From Thermoanaerobaculia bacterium (GTDB lineage Bacteria; Acidobacteriota; Thermoanaerobaculia; Multivoradales; UBA5704): a stretch of 64,000 nucleotides of DNA. The DNA is taken from assembly GCA_044226625.1 (NCBI GenBank), contig JBGAGQ010000005.1, positions 32,001 to 96,000 of the forward strand, read 5' to 3'. Positions 37,879 through 47,450 of this stretch are shown in pieces. The notes below the pieces were generated by a model, which saw only the letters and a list, made by a program, of their open reading frames with translations, made no database searches and was not told the DNA's origin. A program made the position numbers and the translations under genes. Each line of letters starts with the position of its first letter. Within the stretch, counting starts at the first letter, position 1.

Positions 37879-39114
37879 ATGGACTTCGCCCCGTCTCCGC
37901 GCGCCGTCGACTTCAGCTCCCGCGTCCGGACGTTCATCGCCGAGAGGATCCTGCCGGTCGAAGAGAGGCTGCTCGCCGCCGGTGCCCCGCGTGCCGGGGC
38001 CGATTGGACCTCTTGGACCGAGCCGCCCGAGATCGCGGCGCTCACGGCCGAAGCGCGGTCCGAGGGGCTTTGGAATCTCTTCTTGCCGGATCCGGAGCAC
38101 GGCGCCGGGCTCTATACCGTCGAGTACGCGACGCTTGCCGAGGCTATGGGCCGGAGCGTCCTCGCGCCCGAGGTCTTCAACTGCAACGCGCCGGACAGCG
38201 GCAACATGGAGGTGCTCGCGAAATATGGATCACCCGAGCAGAAGGAGCGCTGGCTCGCGCCGCTCCTGTCCGGCGAGATCCGCTCGGTCTTCTGCATGAC
38301 CGAGCCGGAAGTGGCGTCCTCGGACGCCACGAACCTCCTCGCCACGGTCGAGGAGGACGGGGATCACCTGATCCTCACCGGCCGTAAGTGGTGGGCGACC
38401 GGGCTCGGGCATCCGCGTTGCCGGCTCGCGCTCTTTCTCGGCAGGTCCAGCACCGAGGCGGCGCGCCATCGGCAGCACAGCCTGGTGCTCGTGCCCCTCG
38501 AGACCCCGGGCGTCTCGATCCGCCGCATGTTGCCCGTTTTCGGCGAGTACGACGCGCCGTACGGCCATGGCGAAGTGGAATTCGATCGCGTTCGCGTTCC
38601 GCGGGAGAACCTGGTGCTCGGCCTCGGGCGGGGTTTCGAGATCGCCCAGGGGCGTCTCGGCCCCGGGCGGATCCACCACTGCATGCGCTGCCTCGGCGCC
38701 GCCGAGCGGGCGCTCGAGCTGCTGATCCGGCGCGGTCTCTCCCGCGTCGCGTTCGGCAAGCCGTTGATCGACCTCGACGGCAACCGCGAGCGGATCGCCG
38801 AGTTTCGGCTGGCGATCGATCAGGCGCGGTTGCTCACGCTCCACGCCGCCTGGCGGATCGACCAGGTGGGAGCGCTCGCCGCGCTGGCGGAGATCTCGGC
38901 GATCAAGGTCGTCGCCCCGAACGTGCTCGAACGGGTAGCCGACGCCGCGATCCAGATCCATGGCGGCGCCGGTCTTTCACACGACACCCCCCTCGCCTCG
39001 CTCTTCGCGCTCGCTCGCATCCTGCGGATCGCCGACGGCCCGGACGAGGTGCATCGGGCGCTCATCGCCAAGGCGGAGATCGCAAAGCACACCGGCGAGC
39101 GGAAGGGGGCATGA
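37879..39114 (+). CDS. Acyl-CoA dehydrogenase (ACAD10/11 / LvaC-like)
   Basis: GLWNLFLP, FNCNAPDSGNMEVL, MTEPEVASSDATN, GFEIAQGRLGPGRIHHCMR, RIADGPDEVH. Confidence 0.92.
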   Translation: MDFAPSPRAVDFSSRVRTFIAERILPVEERLLAAGAPRAGADWTSWTEPPEIAALTAEARSEGLWNLFLPDPEHGAGLYTVEYATLAEAMGRSVLAPEVFNCNAPDSGNMEVLAKYGSPEQKERWLAPLLSGEIRSVFCMTEPEVASSDATNLLATVEEDGDHLILTGRKWWATGLGHPRCRLALFLGRSSTEAARHRQHSLVLVPLETPGVSIRRMLPVFGEYDAPYGHGEVEFDRVRVPRENLVLGLGRGFEIAQGRLGPGRIHHCMRCLGAAERALELLIRRGLSRVAFGKPLIDLDGNRERIAEFRLAIDQARLLTLHAAWRIDQVGALAALAEISAIKVVAPNVLERVADAAIQIHGGAGLSHDTPLASLFALARILRIADGPDEVHRALIAKAEIAKHTGERKGA

Positions 39115-40175
39115 GCGCCGCCGCAGTTCCCAAGCGGCCCGTCCGGGCTGAGGAGGCGCTCGACGTCCCCGCGGTCGACACCTGGCTCAAGGCTCGCGTG
39201 CCCGGCCTGGTCGGGACGCCGGAGGTGACCCAGTACACCGGCGGCGCTTCGAACTGGACCTACCGGCTCCGCTATCCGGAGCACGATCTGGTCCTCCGCC
39301 GGCCGCCCGCTGGGACCAAGGCGAAGTCTGCGCACGACATGGGACGCGAATACCGGGTGCAGGCGGCTCTCCAGGGCCGCTATCCGGTGCCCGAGATGAT
39401 CGGCCTGTGCGAGGAGCCCGAAGTGCTCGGTGTGCCGTTTTACGTCATGCGCCGGGTTCCCGGGCTCATCCTGCGCGCGAAGCTCCCCCGCGGCGTTTCG
39501 CTCTCTCCGGAGACCGCCCGCGCGCTTTCGGGCCACGCGATCGACCACCTCGCGGCCCTCCACCGAATCGACCCTTCCGCCGCGGGTCTCGGCGCGCTCG
39601 GGCGCGGACCGGGCTATTGCCGCCGGCAGGTCGAAGGGTGGAGCGAGCGCTATGTCAGAGCGCGGACGCCGAACGTACCGCGCTTCGAGAAGGTGATCGG
39701 CTGGCTCGCCGAGAACGTTCCGGACGACGCCGGCATCGCGTTGATCCATAACGACTTCCGCCTCGACAACCTGGTCCTCGACGAAGGCGATCCGGCGCGG
39801 ATCGTCGGCGTGCTCGATTGGGAGATGGCGACGCTCGGCGATCCGCTGATGGACCTCGGAAACTCGCTCGCCTACTGGGTGGAGGCGGCCGACGGGCCCC
39901 TGTTCCGCGCGCTCAGGCGCCAGCCGACGCACCTTCCCGGAATGCTCACGAGGCGCGAGGTGATCGCCCGATACGCCGAACGCACCGGCTACGCGCCGCG
40001 AAGCTGGACGTTCTATGAGGTGTTCGGCCTTTTCCGGCTCGCCGGGATCGCGCAGCAGATCTACTATCGCTACCACCGGAAGGAAACCCGAAACCCGGCG
40101 TTTCGGTTTTTCTGGATCTACGTCCACCTGCTTCACCGGCGCTGCCTGAAACGGCTGCGCCGCTCGATCCCATAG
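39111..40175 (+). CDS. APH-family phosphotransferase (ACAD10/11 N-domain / LvaA-like)
   Basis: GGASNWTY, LVLRRPP, AHDMGRE, HNDFRLDN, VLDWEMATLGDPLMDLG; ATGA overlap. Confidence 0.9.
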   Translation: MSAAAVPKRPVRAEEALDVPAVDTWLKARVPGLVGTPEVTQYTGGASNWTYRLRYPEHDLVLRRPPAGTKAKSAHDMGREYRVQAALQGRYPVPEMIGLCEEPEVLGVPFYVMRRVPGLILRAKLPRGVSLSPETARALSGHAIDHLAALHRIDPSAAGLGALGRGPGYCRRQVEGWSERYVRARTPNVPRFEKVIGWLAENVPDDAGIALIHNDFRLDNLVLDEGDPARIVGVLDWEMATLGDPLMDLGNSLAYWVEAADGPLFRALRRQPTHLPGMLTRREVIARYAERTGYAPRSWTFYEVFGLFRLAGIAQQIYYRYHRKETRNPAFRFFWIYVHLLHRRCLKRLRRSIP

Positions 40176-40199
40176 AACGTCCCCCCGAGGGTTTTGCCG

Positions 40200-40745
40200 A
40201 TGCCTTTCTCGATCGAAACCGACCGCCTGCGAATCCGCCCCTGGGAGCCCCGCGACCGCGCGCCGTTCGCCGCGCTCGCGACCGACCCCGAGATGATGCG
40301 TTTCATGACCGACGGCCGACCGTGGACCGACGAGGAGATCGACGGCTACTTCACCCGCCAGGCTGCGACGCTCGCGGCGAACGGCTTTTGTCTCGGCGCC
40401 GTCGACGAGAAGGCGAGCGGGCGGATGATCGGCCTCGCCGGCCTCCAGCTCCTCGGCTCGACCGGCGAGCTCGAAACCGGCTACTGGATCGCCCGCGACC
40501 TGTGGGGGAGGGGCTACGCCTCCGAGGCCGCGCGCGGCGCGCTCCGCCACGCCTTCGAGGTGGTCGGCGGCGCTCGGGTCCTCGCGATCACCGACCACGA
40601 CAACCGGGCCTCCCGCCGAGTGATGGAAAAGATCGGAATGATCTACCTCCGCGACACCAACGGCGTCGAGCTCGGCCACCGGATGCCGGAAATCGAGGTC
40701 GTCCTCTACGGCATCGAGCGCGCCGCCTGGGAGGCGGGGCGCTAA
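40200..40745 (+). CDS. GNAT acetyltransferase, RimJ/RimL type
   Basis: IETDRLRIRPW, ETGYWI, WGRGYASEA, NRASRRVMEKIGM. Confidence 0.9.
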   Translation: MPFSIETDRLRIRPWEPRDRAPFAALATDPEMMRFMTDGRPWTDEEIDGYFTRQAATLAANGFCLGAVDEKASGRMIGLAGLQLLGSTGELETGYWIARDLWGRGYASEAARGALRHAFEVVGGARVLAITDHDNRASRRVMEKIGMIYLRDTNGVELGHRMPEIEVVLYGIERAAWEAGR

Positions 40746-40920
40746 GCCCCCTGAGCCCCGGCAATTCGCCCTCCCCGGCGCGTCCCGAGCGCCGGAAGCC
40801 TCCTCTTCGCACGCCCACCCGTTCGCGCGGGCCGCGCCACTCCGTCGGGGTATGGGTCGGTCCGCGGCCGCCTTCTAGGCTTCGCCGGAATCCCGCCCGA
40901 GGGAAAAAAGGAGAAGGGCA

Positions 40921-41064
40921 ATGGAGGACAACGGCGCAGCTGAGGTTCCCGAACATCCGAAAGGGACGTTCGCGATCCTCGCGCTGTACATCGTGCTGTT
41001 CACGCTCGGTTTCTTGGCGCTTTATTTCTTCGAGTTCCTGGGTCGCGGCGCGCCGCATCCCTGA
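40921..41064 (+). CDS. cbaD: ba3-type cytochrome c oxidase subunit IIa (47 aa)
   Basis: Not in ORF track; hand translation MEDNGAAEVPEHPKGTFAILALYIVLFTLGFLALYFFEFLGRGAPHP; PKG + single TM + RG; AGGAG RBS; directly upstream of subunit II. Confidence 0.8.
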   Translation: MEDNGAAEVPEHPKGTFAILALYIVLFTLGFLALYFFEFLGRGAPHP

Positions 41065-41106
41065 GCCGTCGCCCGCCACCCCGTAGAACTGGAGGAGAAC
41101 CAAAAG

Positions 41107-41598
41107 ATGAAGATCGATTTATACGAGCGGATCTGGATGGGCCTAGGAGCGGTGCTGATCGCGCTGTTCCTCGGCATCATGATCGTGATGAACACCGCGC
41201 ACGCGGTCCAGCCGCCTAGCCATGTCGAAACCGTCGACCCGAAGACCATCTGGGACGATCCGCGCTTCGCCGACCTTGGCGTCACGCCGACGCCCGAGGG
41301 CGCGAAGGTGGAGATGATCGGCCAGATGTACGCCTTTCTGCCGGCGGAAATCGAGGTCCCCGTAGGCAAGCCGGTCACCTTCCGGATGTCGAGCGCGGAC
41401 GTCGTGCACGGCTTCCAAATCGTCGGCACGAACGCGAACGCGATGCTCGTCCCCGGGTACATCTCGGAGTTCACGATCACCTTCCCGAAGGCAGGTGAGT
41501 ACTTGATCGTCTGCAACGAGTTTTGTGGCATCGGCCACCACGGCATGTACGGCAAGGTGATCGCCGGCGACAAGCCCGCGGAAGGGGCGGAATCATGA
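41107..41598 (+). CDS. cbaB: ba3-type cytochrome c oxidase subunit II (CuA)
   Basis: Single N-terminal TM; DVVHGF and CNEFCGIGHHGM CuA ligands. Confidence 0.92.
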   Translation: MKIDLYERIWMGLGAVLIALFLGIMIVMNTAHAVQPPSHVETVDPKTIWDDPRFADLGVTPTPEGAKVEMIGQMYAFLPAEIEVPVGKPVTFRMSSADVVHGFQIVGTNANAMLVPGYISEFTITFPKAGEYLIVCNEFCGIGHHGMYGKVIAGDKPAEGAES

Positions 41599-43217
41599 AG
41601 CGCGAAAACAAACTCGCTTTCGCCCACATCCTGGTCGCGATCGTGGCCTTCGGTCTCGGCGCGACGGTCGCCGTCATGCAGGCGTTGTCGCGCGCCAGCA
41701 TCGCGCTGCCGCTTCGCTCGCCGCGGATCTTCTACATCTCGGTTACGGCCCACGGCGTATTGATGGGCTTGGTGTTCACGACGTTCTTCATCATGGGACT
41801 CGGCTACGCGTTCTCCCGGGCGGCCTTTGGGCGGGTGACGGGGGAGAAGACCGCGTGGGCCTCGTTCTGGCTCGCGGTGGTCGGAACGGCGGCCGCGGCG
41901 GCGATGATCCTCTCGGGCAAGGCGACGGTTCTCTATACCTTCTACCCGCCGCTTCAGGCGCACCCGGTGTTCTACCTCGGCGCCACGGGTTTGGTGATCG
42001 GCTCGTGGGGCTGGTGCGGCGTGATGATCGCGAGCTACCGCTCGTGGCGGAAAGACAATCCGACCCTGCCCGTTCCGCTCGCGATGCACGGCATGCTGAC
42101 CACCGTCATCGTCTGGCTGCTCGCGACCTTCGGCCTCGCGATCGAGGTCGTGGTGCTGATCATCCCTTGGTCGCTCGGCCTGACGAAGACGATCGACCCG
42201 ATGCTCTGTCGGACCTTCTTCTGGTGGTTCGGTCACCCGCTGGTCTACTTCTGGCTGCTGCCCGCCTACGCGATCTGGTATTCGGTCCTGCCTCGGGTGG
42301 TGGGGGGCAAGCTGTTCAGCGACGGCCTCGGCCGGATGGTGTTCGTCCTGTTCATCCTGTTCTCGACTCCGGTGGGCTTCCACCATCAGTTCTCCGATCC
42401 GGGCATCTCGGCGGGTTGGAAGCTCGCGCACACCGTGACCACGTTCCTGATCCTCTTCCCGAGCCTCGTGACGGCGTTCACCCTGATCGCCTCGCTCGAG
42501 CTCGCGGCGAGGGCGCGGGGCGGCAAAGGACTTGTCGGTTGGGTCAAGGCGCTCCCTTGGGGACAGCCGTTCTTCGCTTCGGTCGGCCTCGCGATGCTCA
42601 CCTTCGCGATCGGCGGATTCGGCGGCGCGGTCAACGCGGCCTACGCGATGAACGCGATGGTCCACAATACGGCCTGGATCCAGGGACACTTCCACCTGAC
42701 GGTCGGCACCGCGGTGGCGCTCACCTTCATGGGCATCACCTATTGGCTGCTGCCCCGATTGACCGGGCGCGAGCTGCGCCTGTCGGGCGCCGCGGCCGTC
42801 CAGCCCTATCTCTGGTTCATCGGCATGATGATGTTCGGCGTGGTGAACCACGTGACCGGCGTGATGGGCATGCCGCGCCGCATCTACGACGCGGCCTACG
42901 GCGGCTCGGAGATCGCGGCCCGGTGGGCGCCGTGGACGGCGGTGAGCGCGGTGGGTGGGGTGGTGCTGTTCATCAGCTCGGCGCTGTTCCTCTCCGTGGT
43001 GATCGCGACTCTCCGTTACGGGCGGAAGATCGAAGCTCCCGAGATCGTGTTCGCCGAGGCGTACGACATGTCCGCGAAGCCAGTGCGGGGGATTTGGGAC
43101 CGTTGGCCGCTCTGGACTTCGATCGCGGTTGCCTTGGTCCTCGCCGCGTACGCGATGCCGATCATGCATCACCTGATGATGGAGCGGTTCGGCTCGATCG
43201 GATTCAAGCCCTTCTAG
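41595..43217 (+). CDS. cbaA: B-family (ba3) heme-copper oxidase subunit I
   Basis: TAHGVLM, YTFYPPL, FWWFGHPLVYFWLLP, GFHH, HNTAWIQGHFH, GMPRR. Confidence 0.93.
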   Translation: MKRENKLAFAHILVAIVAFGLGATVAVMQALSRASIALPLRSPRIFYISVTAHGVLMGLVFTTFFIMGLGYAFSRAAFGRVTGEKTAWASFWLAVVGTAAAAAMILSGKATVLYTFYPPLQAHPVFYLGATGLVIGSWGWCGVMIASYRSWRKDNPTLPVPLAMHGMLTTVIVWLLATFGLAIEVVVLIIPWSLGLTKTIDPMLCRTFFWWFGHPLVYFWLLPAYAIWYSVLPRVVGGKLFSDGLGRMVFVLFILFSTPVGFHHQFSDPGISAGWKLAHTVTTFLILFPSLVTAFTLIASLELAARARGGKGLVGWVKALPWGQPFFASVGLAMLTFAIGGFGGAVNAAYAMNAMVHNTAWIQGHFHLTVGTAVALTFMGITYWLLPRLTGRELRLSGAAAVQPYLWFIGMMMFGVVNHVTGVMGMPRRIYDAAYGGSEIAARWAPWTAVSAVGGVVLFISSALFLSVVIATLRYGRKIEAPEIVFAEAYDMSAKPVRGIWDRWPLWTSIAVALVLAAYAMPIMHHLMMERFGSIGFKPF

Positions 43218-43355
43218 CTCCTTTCCAAAGGTTGAATTCCGGGCCGGCTTCGGCAAGGTGTTGCCGCCGCCGGCCCCTGTTCGTAGACTCAAGGCTCGGA
43301 GAATCCAGGATGATCCGGACTCCGAATCGAAAACGACCCTAAGAGGTGACGCTTC

Positions 43356-43838
43356 GTGAAGATCCATAAGGACCGTTTCACCCGCCGCTCGCTCGCAGTG
43401 CTCGCATTGGCCGCTCTGGTGGTTTTCTCCGTCGCTCCCGCGCAAGCGGCCCCGCGCGTGATCAAGATGAACGGCACCGACGCGATGAAGTTCAGCGTCG
43501 CTCAAATCAATGCCAAGCCGGGCGAGGAGCTGACGGTTCAGCTCACCGCCGTGAGCACCCAGGACAAAGCCGTGATGGCTCACAACTTCGTCCTGCTCGC
43601 GCAGGGCACCGACGTCAACGGTTTCGTCGTCGCCGCCTCGGTCGCCCGCGCGACCCAGCACATCCCGAAGCAGGAGAAGTGGAAGAAGGCGATTCTCGCG
43701 TCGACCGGCCTCGCCGGCGGCGGCCAGACCGTCACGGTGACCTTCAAGGCGCCGACCACGCCGGGCAACTACACCTACGTCTGCACGTTCCCGGGCCACT
43801 ACAACGGCGGCATGAAGGGCATCCTGACCGTCAAGTAG
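43356..43838 (+). CDS. Azurin/auracyanin-like blue copper protein
   Basis: Signal peptide; DAMKF, MAHNFVL, YVCTFPGHYNGGMKG type-1 Cu ligands. Confidence 0.9.
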   Translation: MKIHKDRFTRRSLAVLALAALVVFSVAPAQAAPRVIKMNGTDAMKFSVAQINAKPGEELTVQLTAVSTQDKAVMAHNFVLLAQGTDVNGFVVAASVARATQHIPKQEKWKKAILASTGLAGGGQTVTVTFKAPTTPGNYTYVCTFPGHYNGGMKGILTVK

Positions 43839-43855
43839 CCTCTCTGTCGCTCGAA

Positions 43856-43897
43856 AAGAAGAACGCCGGCTCGCTCGCGCGGGCCGGCGTTTTCTTT
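43856..43897. terminator. Bidirectional terminator
   Basis: AACGCCGGCTCGC / GCGGGCCGGCGTT stem flanked by A- and T-rich tracts between convergent genes. Confidence 0.8.
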
Positions 43898-43930
43898 AGC
43901 TTGGGCCTCGACCGGGCCCTTCGATTCTGC

Positions 43931-44860
43931 CTAGATCTCGATGCCGCCCATCAGCCAGAGCATGACCGCCTTCTGGGTGTGGAGCCGGTTTTCGGCCTGA
44001 TCGTAGATACGGCTCTGCGGACCGTCGCAGACCTCGGCCGAGACCTCTTCGCCGCGGTGGGCGGGGAGGCAGTGGAGGAAGACCGCGTCCTTCTTGGCGA
44101 GCGCCATCATCGAGGCGTCCACCTCGTAGCCCGTGAACGCTTTGAGGCGGATCTGCGCCTCGGATTCCTGGCCCATCGAGGCCCAGACGTCGGTGGTCAC
44201 GCAGTCGGCGTCGACCACGGCCGCGCGTGGATCCTCGTGCAGCTCGATCGTGGTGCCCGCGGCGGCGGCGTCCTCACGCGCCTGGGCGAGGTACTTGTCC
44301 TGCACTTTGTAGCCTTCCGGCGAGGCGATCGCGATGTTCATGCCGCACTTGGCGGCGCCGAACATCAGCGAGTGGGCCATGTTGTTGCCGTCACCCACGT
44401 AGGCGATCTTCCGCCCCTTGAGATCGCCGAAGATCTCCGTCAAGGTGAAGTAGTCGGTGAGTCCCTGGCACGGGTGGAGGTCGTCGGTGAGGCCGTTGAT
44501 CACCGGCACCGAGCCGTACTTCGCGAGATCGGTCACGGTCTGATGCGCGAAGGTGCGGGCCATGATGCCGGAGACGTAGCGCGAAAGGACCTGCGCGGTG
44601 TCGGAGATCGGCTCGCCGCGGCCGAGCTGGATGTCGCGGCTCGACAGGAACAGCGCATGGCCGCCCATCTGGAAGGTTCCCACCTCGAACGAGACGCGGG
44701 TGCGGGTGGAGGATTTCTCGAAGATCATGCCGAGGGTCTTGCCGGCGAGCGCGGAGGCATATTTCGCCGGGTTCGCCTTGACGTCGGCGGCGAGGCGGAA
44801 CAGGCCGGCGACCTGGGACGCGGAAAGGTCGTGGATCGAGATGAGGTGGCGGGGAGACAT
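43931..44860 (-). CDS. argF: Ornithine carbamoyltransferase (ArgF/ArcB)
   Basis: SSTRTR, HPCQ, GDGNN, DVWASMGQE, HCLP, QAENR. Confidence 0.95.
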   Translation of the reverse strand: MSPRHLISIHDLSASQVAGLFRLAADVKANPAKYASALAGKTLGMIFEKSSTRTRVSFEVGTFQMGGHALFLSSRDIQLGRGEPISDTAQVLSRYVSGIMARTFAHQTVTDLAKYGSVPVINGLTDDLHPCQGLTDYFTLTEIFGDLKGRKIAYVGDGNNMAHSLMFGAAKCGMNIAIASPEGYKVQDKYLAQAREDAAAAGTTIELHEDPRAAVVDADCVTTDVWASMGQESEAQIRLKAFTGYEVDASMMALAKKDAVFLHCLPAHRGEEVSAEVCDGPQSRIYDQAENRLHTQKAVMLWLMGGIEI

Positions 44861-44966
44861 GGGAGCCGCTCCTGAAGGGAAGGCGCGCCGATCGGGATGA
44901 CGCGCCGGAGTTTTCGTTTCGTTGTCGACGTTCTTGGGTAGGTTTGAAGGACGGTCGGTGGGCGGT

Positions 44967-46061
44967 CTAGGGAACGAGCCGCGTGCCGCTCTCCCCTTCG
45001 AGCGCCGCTTCGAGATGTTCGATATTGGTGATCAGGGCCGGGCGGCCGGTCGAGGCGACGAAGTCGATCGCCGATTCGATTTTGGGCCCCATGCTGCCGG
45101 CCGGGAACTGGCCTTTGTCGTAGAGACGGCGCGCCTCGGACAGGGGCAGGACCGGCAGCGGCTCCTGGTCTTTTCGGCCGAAGTTCTTCACCACCTGGGG
45201 CACGCCCGTGAGCAGGATGAACAGATCCGCTTTCAAATCGCGCGCGAGCAGGGCGGAGGTGCGGTCCTTGTCGATCACCGCCTCGACGCCGACCAGCCGG
45301 CCGCTCCCCTTGCGCACGACCGGGATGCCGCCGCCGCCGCCCGCGATCACGAGATGCCCGTGGTCGAGCAGGCTACGGACCGCGCCGACGTTGACGATCT
45401 CGAGCGGGCGCGGGCTGGGGACGACCTTGCGCCAGCCGCGGCCGGAGTCCTCGACCATCTTCCAGCGCAGCCGCCGCTGCAGCTCGAGCGCGCGATGGCG
45501 GGCGAAGAACGGGCCGATCGGCTTGCTCGGCGTACGGAACGCCGGATCGTCGCGATCGACCGTGACGAGGGTGAGGACGGTCGCCACCTGACGCTTGATG
45601 TGCTGCGAGGCGAGCCGATTGCGGATCGCGAGCTCGAGCAGGAAGCCCATGCCCCCTTCGGTCTCGGCGACCGCGAAGTCGACGGTCCCGGGCGGCACCT
45701 TGGCCGCCGCCTCTTCCATCTGGATCAACACCTGGCCGACCTGCGGGCCGTTGCCGTGCACGCAGACCAGATCGTAGCCACGCCGGGAAAAGTCGGCGAG
45801 CCAGACCGCCGCGCCTTCGGACCGGCGCAGCTGCTCGGCGACCGTGCCGTCGTCCTCCGGGCGTAGGAGCGCATTGCCGCCGAACGCCACGACCGCGAGC
45901 GGGCGATGCGCCTTCTGGGTCGCGATCGGCGCCAGGTTCTCGTCCGGGCTGGCGGCAGAATTGGCTGCGGTCTTGGCGGGGGCCGCGGGCTTCGCGGTGG
46001 CCCTCCGGGGCTTGGCCTTTTTGCGTGCGGCCGATGGGGTGGCCGATTTTTCCGGGCTCAC
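44967..46061 (-). CDS. arcC: Carbamate kinase
   Basis: FGGNAL, HGNGPQVG, PSKPIG, GRGWRKVVPSP, EAVIDKD, GSMGPK; GTG overlaps arcA stop. Confidence 0.93.
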   Translation of the reverse strand: MSPEKSATPSAARKKAKPRRATAKPAAPAKTAANSAASPDENLAPIATQKAHRPLAVVAFGGNALLRPEDDGTVAEQLRRSEGAAVWLADFSRRGYDLVCVHGNGPQVGQVLIQMEEAAAKVPPGTVDFAVAETEGGMGFLLELAIRNRLASQHIKRQVATVLTLVTVDRDDPAFRTPSKPIGPFFARHRALELQRRLRWKMVEDSGRGWRKVVPSPRPLEIVNVGAVRSLLDHGHLVIAGGGGGIPVVRKGSGRLVGVEAVIDKDRTSALLARDLKADLFILLTGVPQVVKNFGRKDQEPLPVLPLSEARRLYDKGQFPAGSMGPKIESAIDFVASTGRPALITNIEHLEAALEGESGTRLVP

Positions 46062-47326
46062 AGGGGATCCCTCTCGAGCGGCATGGTCATGCAACGCGGA
46101 CCGCCGCGGGCGCGCGACAGCTCGTTGTCGAGCAGGCTCACGACCGTGGGGCCCTGGCCGAACAGCGCGGTCCGGCCGGCGAGGAGGTCCTCGGCCTCGA
46201 CGATCCGCCAGCCGCGCCGGGCGAGCTCGTCGAAGGTCCGTCGATTGCGGTGGTAGAGGAGGATGACGCCCGGGGCGAGCGCGAACGCGTTTGCGCCGTC
46301 GGTCCACTGCTCGCGCTCCTGATCGAGGCGGTCCGTGCCGCCGCAGGGGACAACCTCGAGCTCCATGCCGAGATCGGCGAGCGCGGAGAGCAGCGACGGC
46401 CGCACGGCGAACGTGAGCTCCTTGGCGTAGAGGTCGACGTAATAGACGTGCGCCGATTCCGCCCGGCCCGGGGCGATGACCGGCAGGTGGGCCAGGCAGG
46501 TCTCCCGGTCGATCTGGGTGAACACGGTGTCGAGGTGCATGTAGGAGCGCGAGCGCGGCAGCTCGACCAGGATCAGGTGGCGGAACGTCGTCTCTTCGAG
46601 GCGCAGGTACTCGGCGAGGACCTCGACGCCGCGGCGGTTGGTCCGCTCGGAGACGCCGACGCAGACGATCTCCGGGCTCACCACCAGGACGTCCCCCCCT
46701 TCGAGCGTCGGGTAGGGATAGGAGGGGTCGTGATGGCGAGCACCGGACGGGGGCACCTCGATCTCGAACGTCGCGGCGAGCCCCGAGAACTCCGAGTGGT
46801 GGCGGACGACGAGCCCGGACAGGAGAGGCTCGCGCTCGCGCGCCTCGGTCGCCATCGACGAGATCACGGCGCGGTTGCCGAGGATCAGCATCGGATCGCG
46901 CTGGAAGAAGTAGTTGGGCAGCGGGGTGAGATCGAAGATCTTCCGCAGCCGCAGATCGGGCGAGGCCGAAAGGGTGCCTTCGATCAGGGCGCTCGCGAGC
47001 GCGCCGGGCGCGAGGTCGCCGAGCGCGAGAACGACGTCGCGCGCCACGCCGTATTCGGTCTCCAGGTCGAGCAGCAGCTTGGCGTGGGCCTCGTCCTCGG
47101 CGAGCAGCTCGGCCAACAGGTCGCGCGGATCGAGGACCGCGACGCCCGCGCTCGCGAGCACGTCGCGGAACGAGTCATGCTCCTCGCGCGCGCCGTCGCC
47201 GAACAGGATGTCGTCGAAGAGAAGGGTCTCCATCATCGAGGGGACCATCCGGTCGATCTCCCGGCCGGGGCGGTGCACGAGGACGCGCCGAAGGCGTCCG
47301 ATCTCCGAATCGACGTGAATCGACAT
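46058..47326 (-). CDS. arcA: Arginine deiminase
   Basis: VDSEIGRL, LLFDD, PNYFFQRD, LEGGD, MHLDTV, EQWTDG, ELSRARGGPRCMTMP. Confidence 0.95.
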   Translation of the reverse strand: MSIHVDSEIGRLRRVLVHRPGREIDRMVPSMMETLLFDDILFGDGAREEHDSFRDVLASAGVAVLDPRDLLAELLAEDEAHAKLLLDLETEYGVARDVVLALGDLAPGALASALIEGTLSASPDLRLRKIFDLTPLPNYFFQRDPMLILGNRAVISSMATEAREREPLLSGLVVRHHSEFSGLAATFEIEVPPSGARHHDPSYPYPTLEGGDVLVVSPEIVCVGVSERTNRRGVEVLAEYLRLEETTFRHLILVELPRSRSYMHLDTVFTQIDRETCLAHLPVIAPGRAESAHVYYVDLYAKELTFAVRPSLLSALADLGMELEVVPCGGTDRLDQEREQWTDGANAFALAPGVILLYHRNRRTFDELARRGWRIVEAEDLLAGRTALFGQGPTVVSLLDNELSRARGGPRCMTMPLERDPL

Positions 47327-47450
47327 AAAGGCTCTTGAAATCCGAAATACCGCGGGTGAATCGAGGGGCGACGGGATGGGTCCGTCTCCGGACCGGGCGC
47401 AGATTGTAGCAGACGGGAAAAACCGGGTTTGAACGATAGACTCCGCCCCC

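Noticed and set aside
35572-38100. 842-aa amidohydrolase ORF
   Set aside because: Extension overlaps the PAP2 and ACAD genes; signal peptide begins at 37032
39111-40175. Aminoglycoside resistance kinase
   Set aside because: Motifs and coupling to ACAD indicate the ACAD10/11/LvaA metabolic subfamily
41022-43799. 925-aa minus-strand ORF
   Set aside because: Antisense shadow of the cba operon, typical of high-GC DNA
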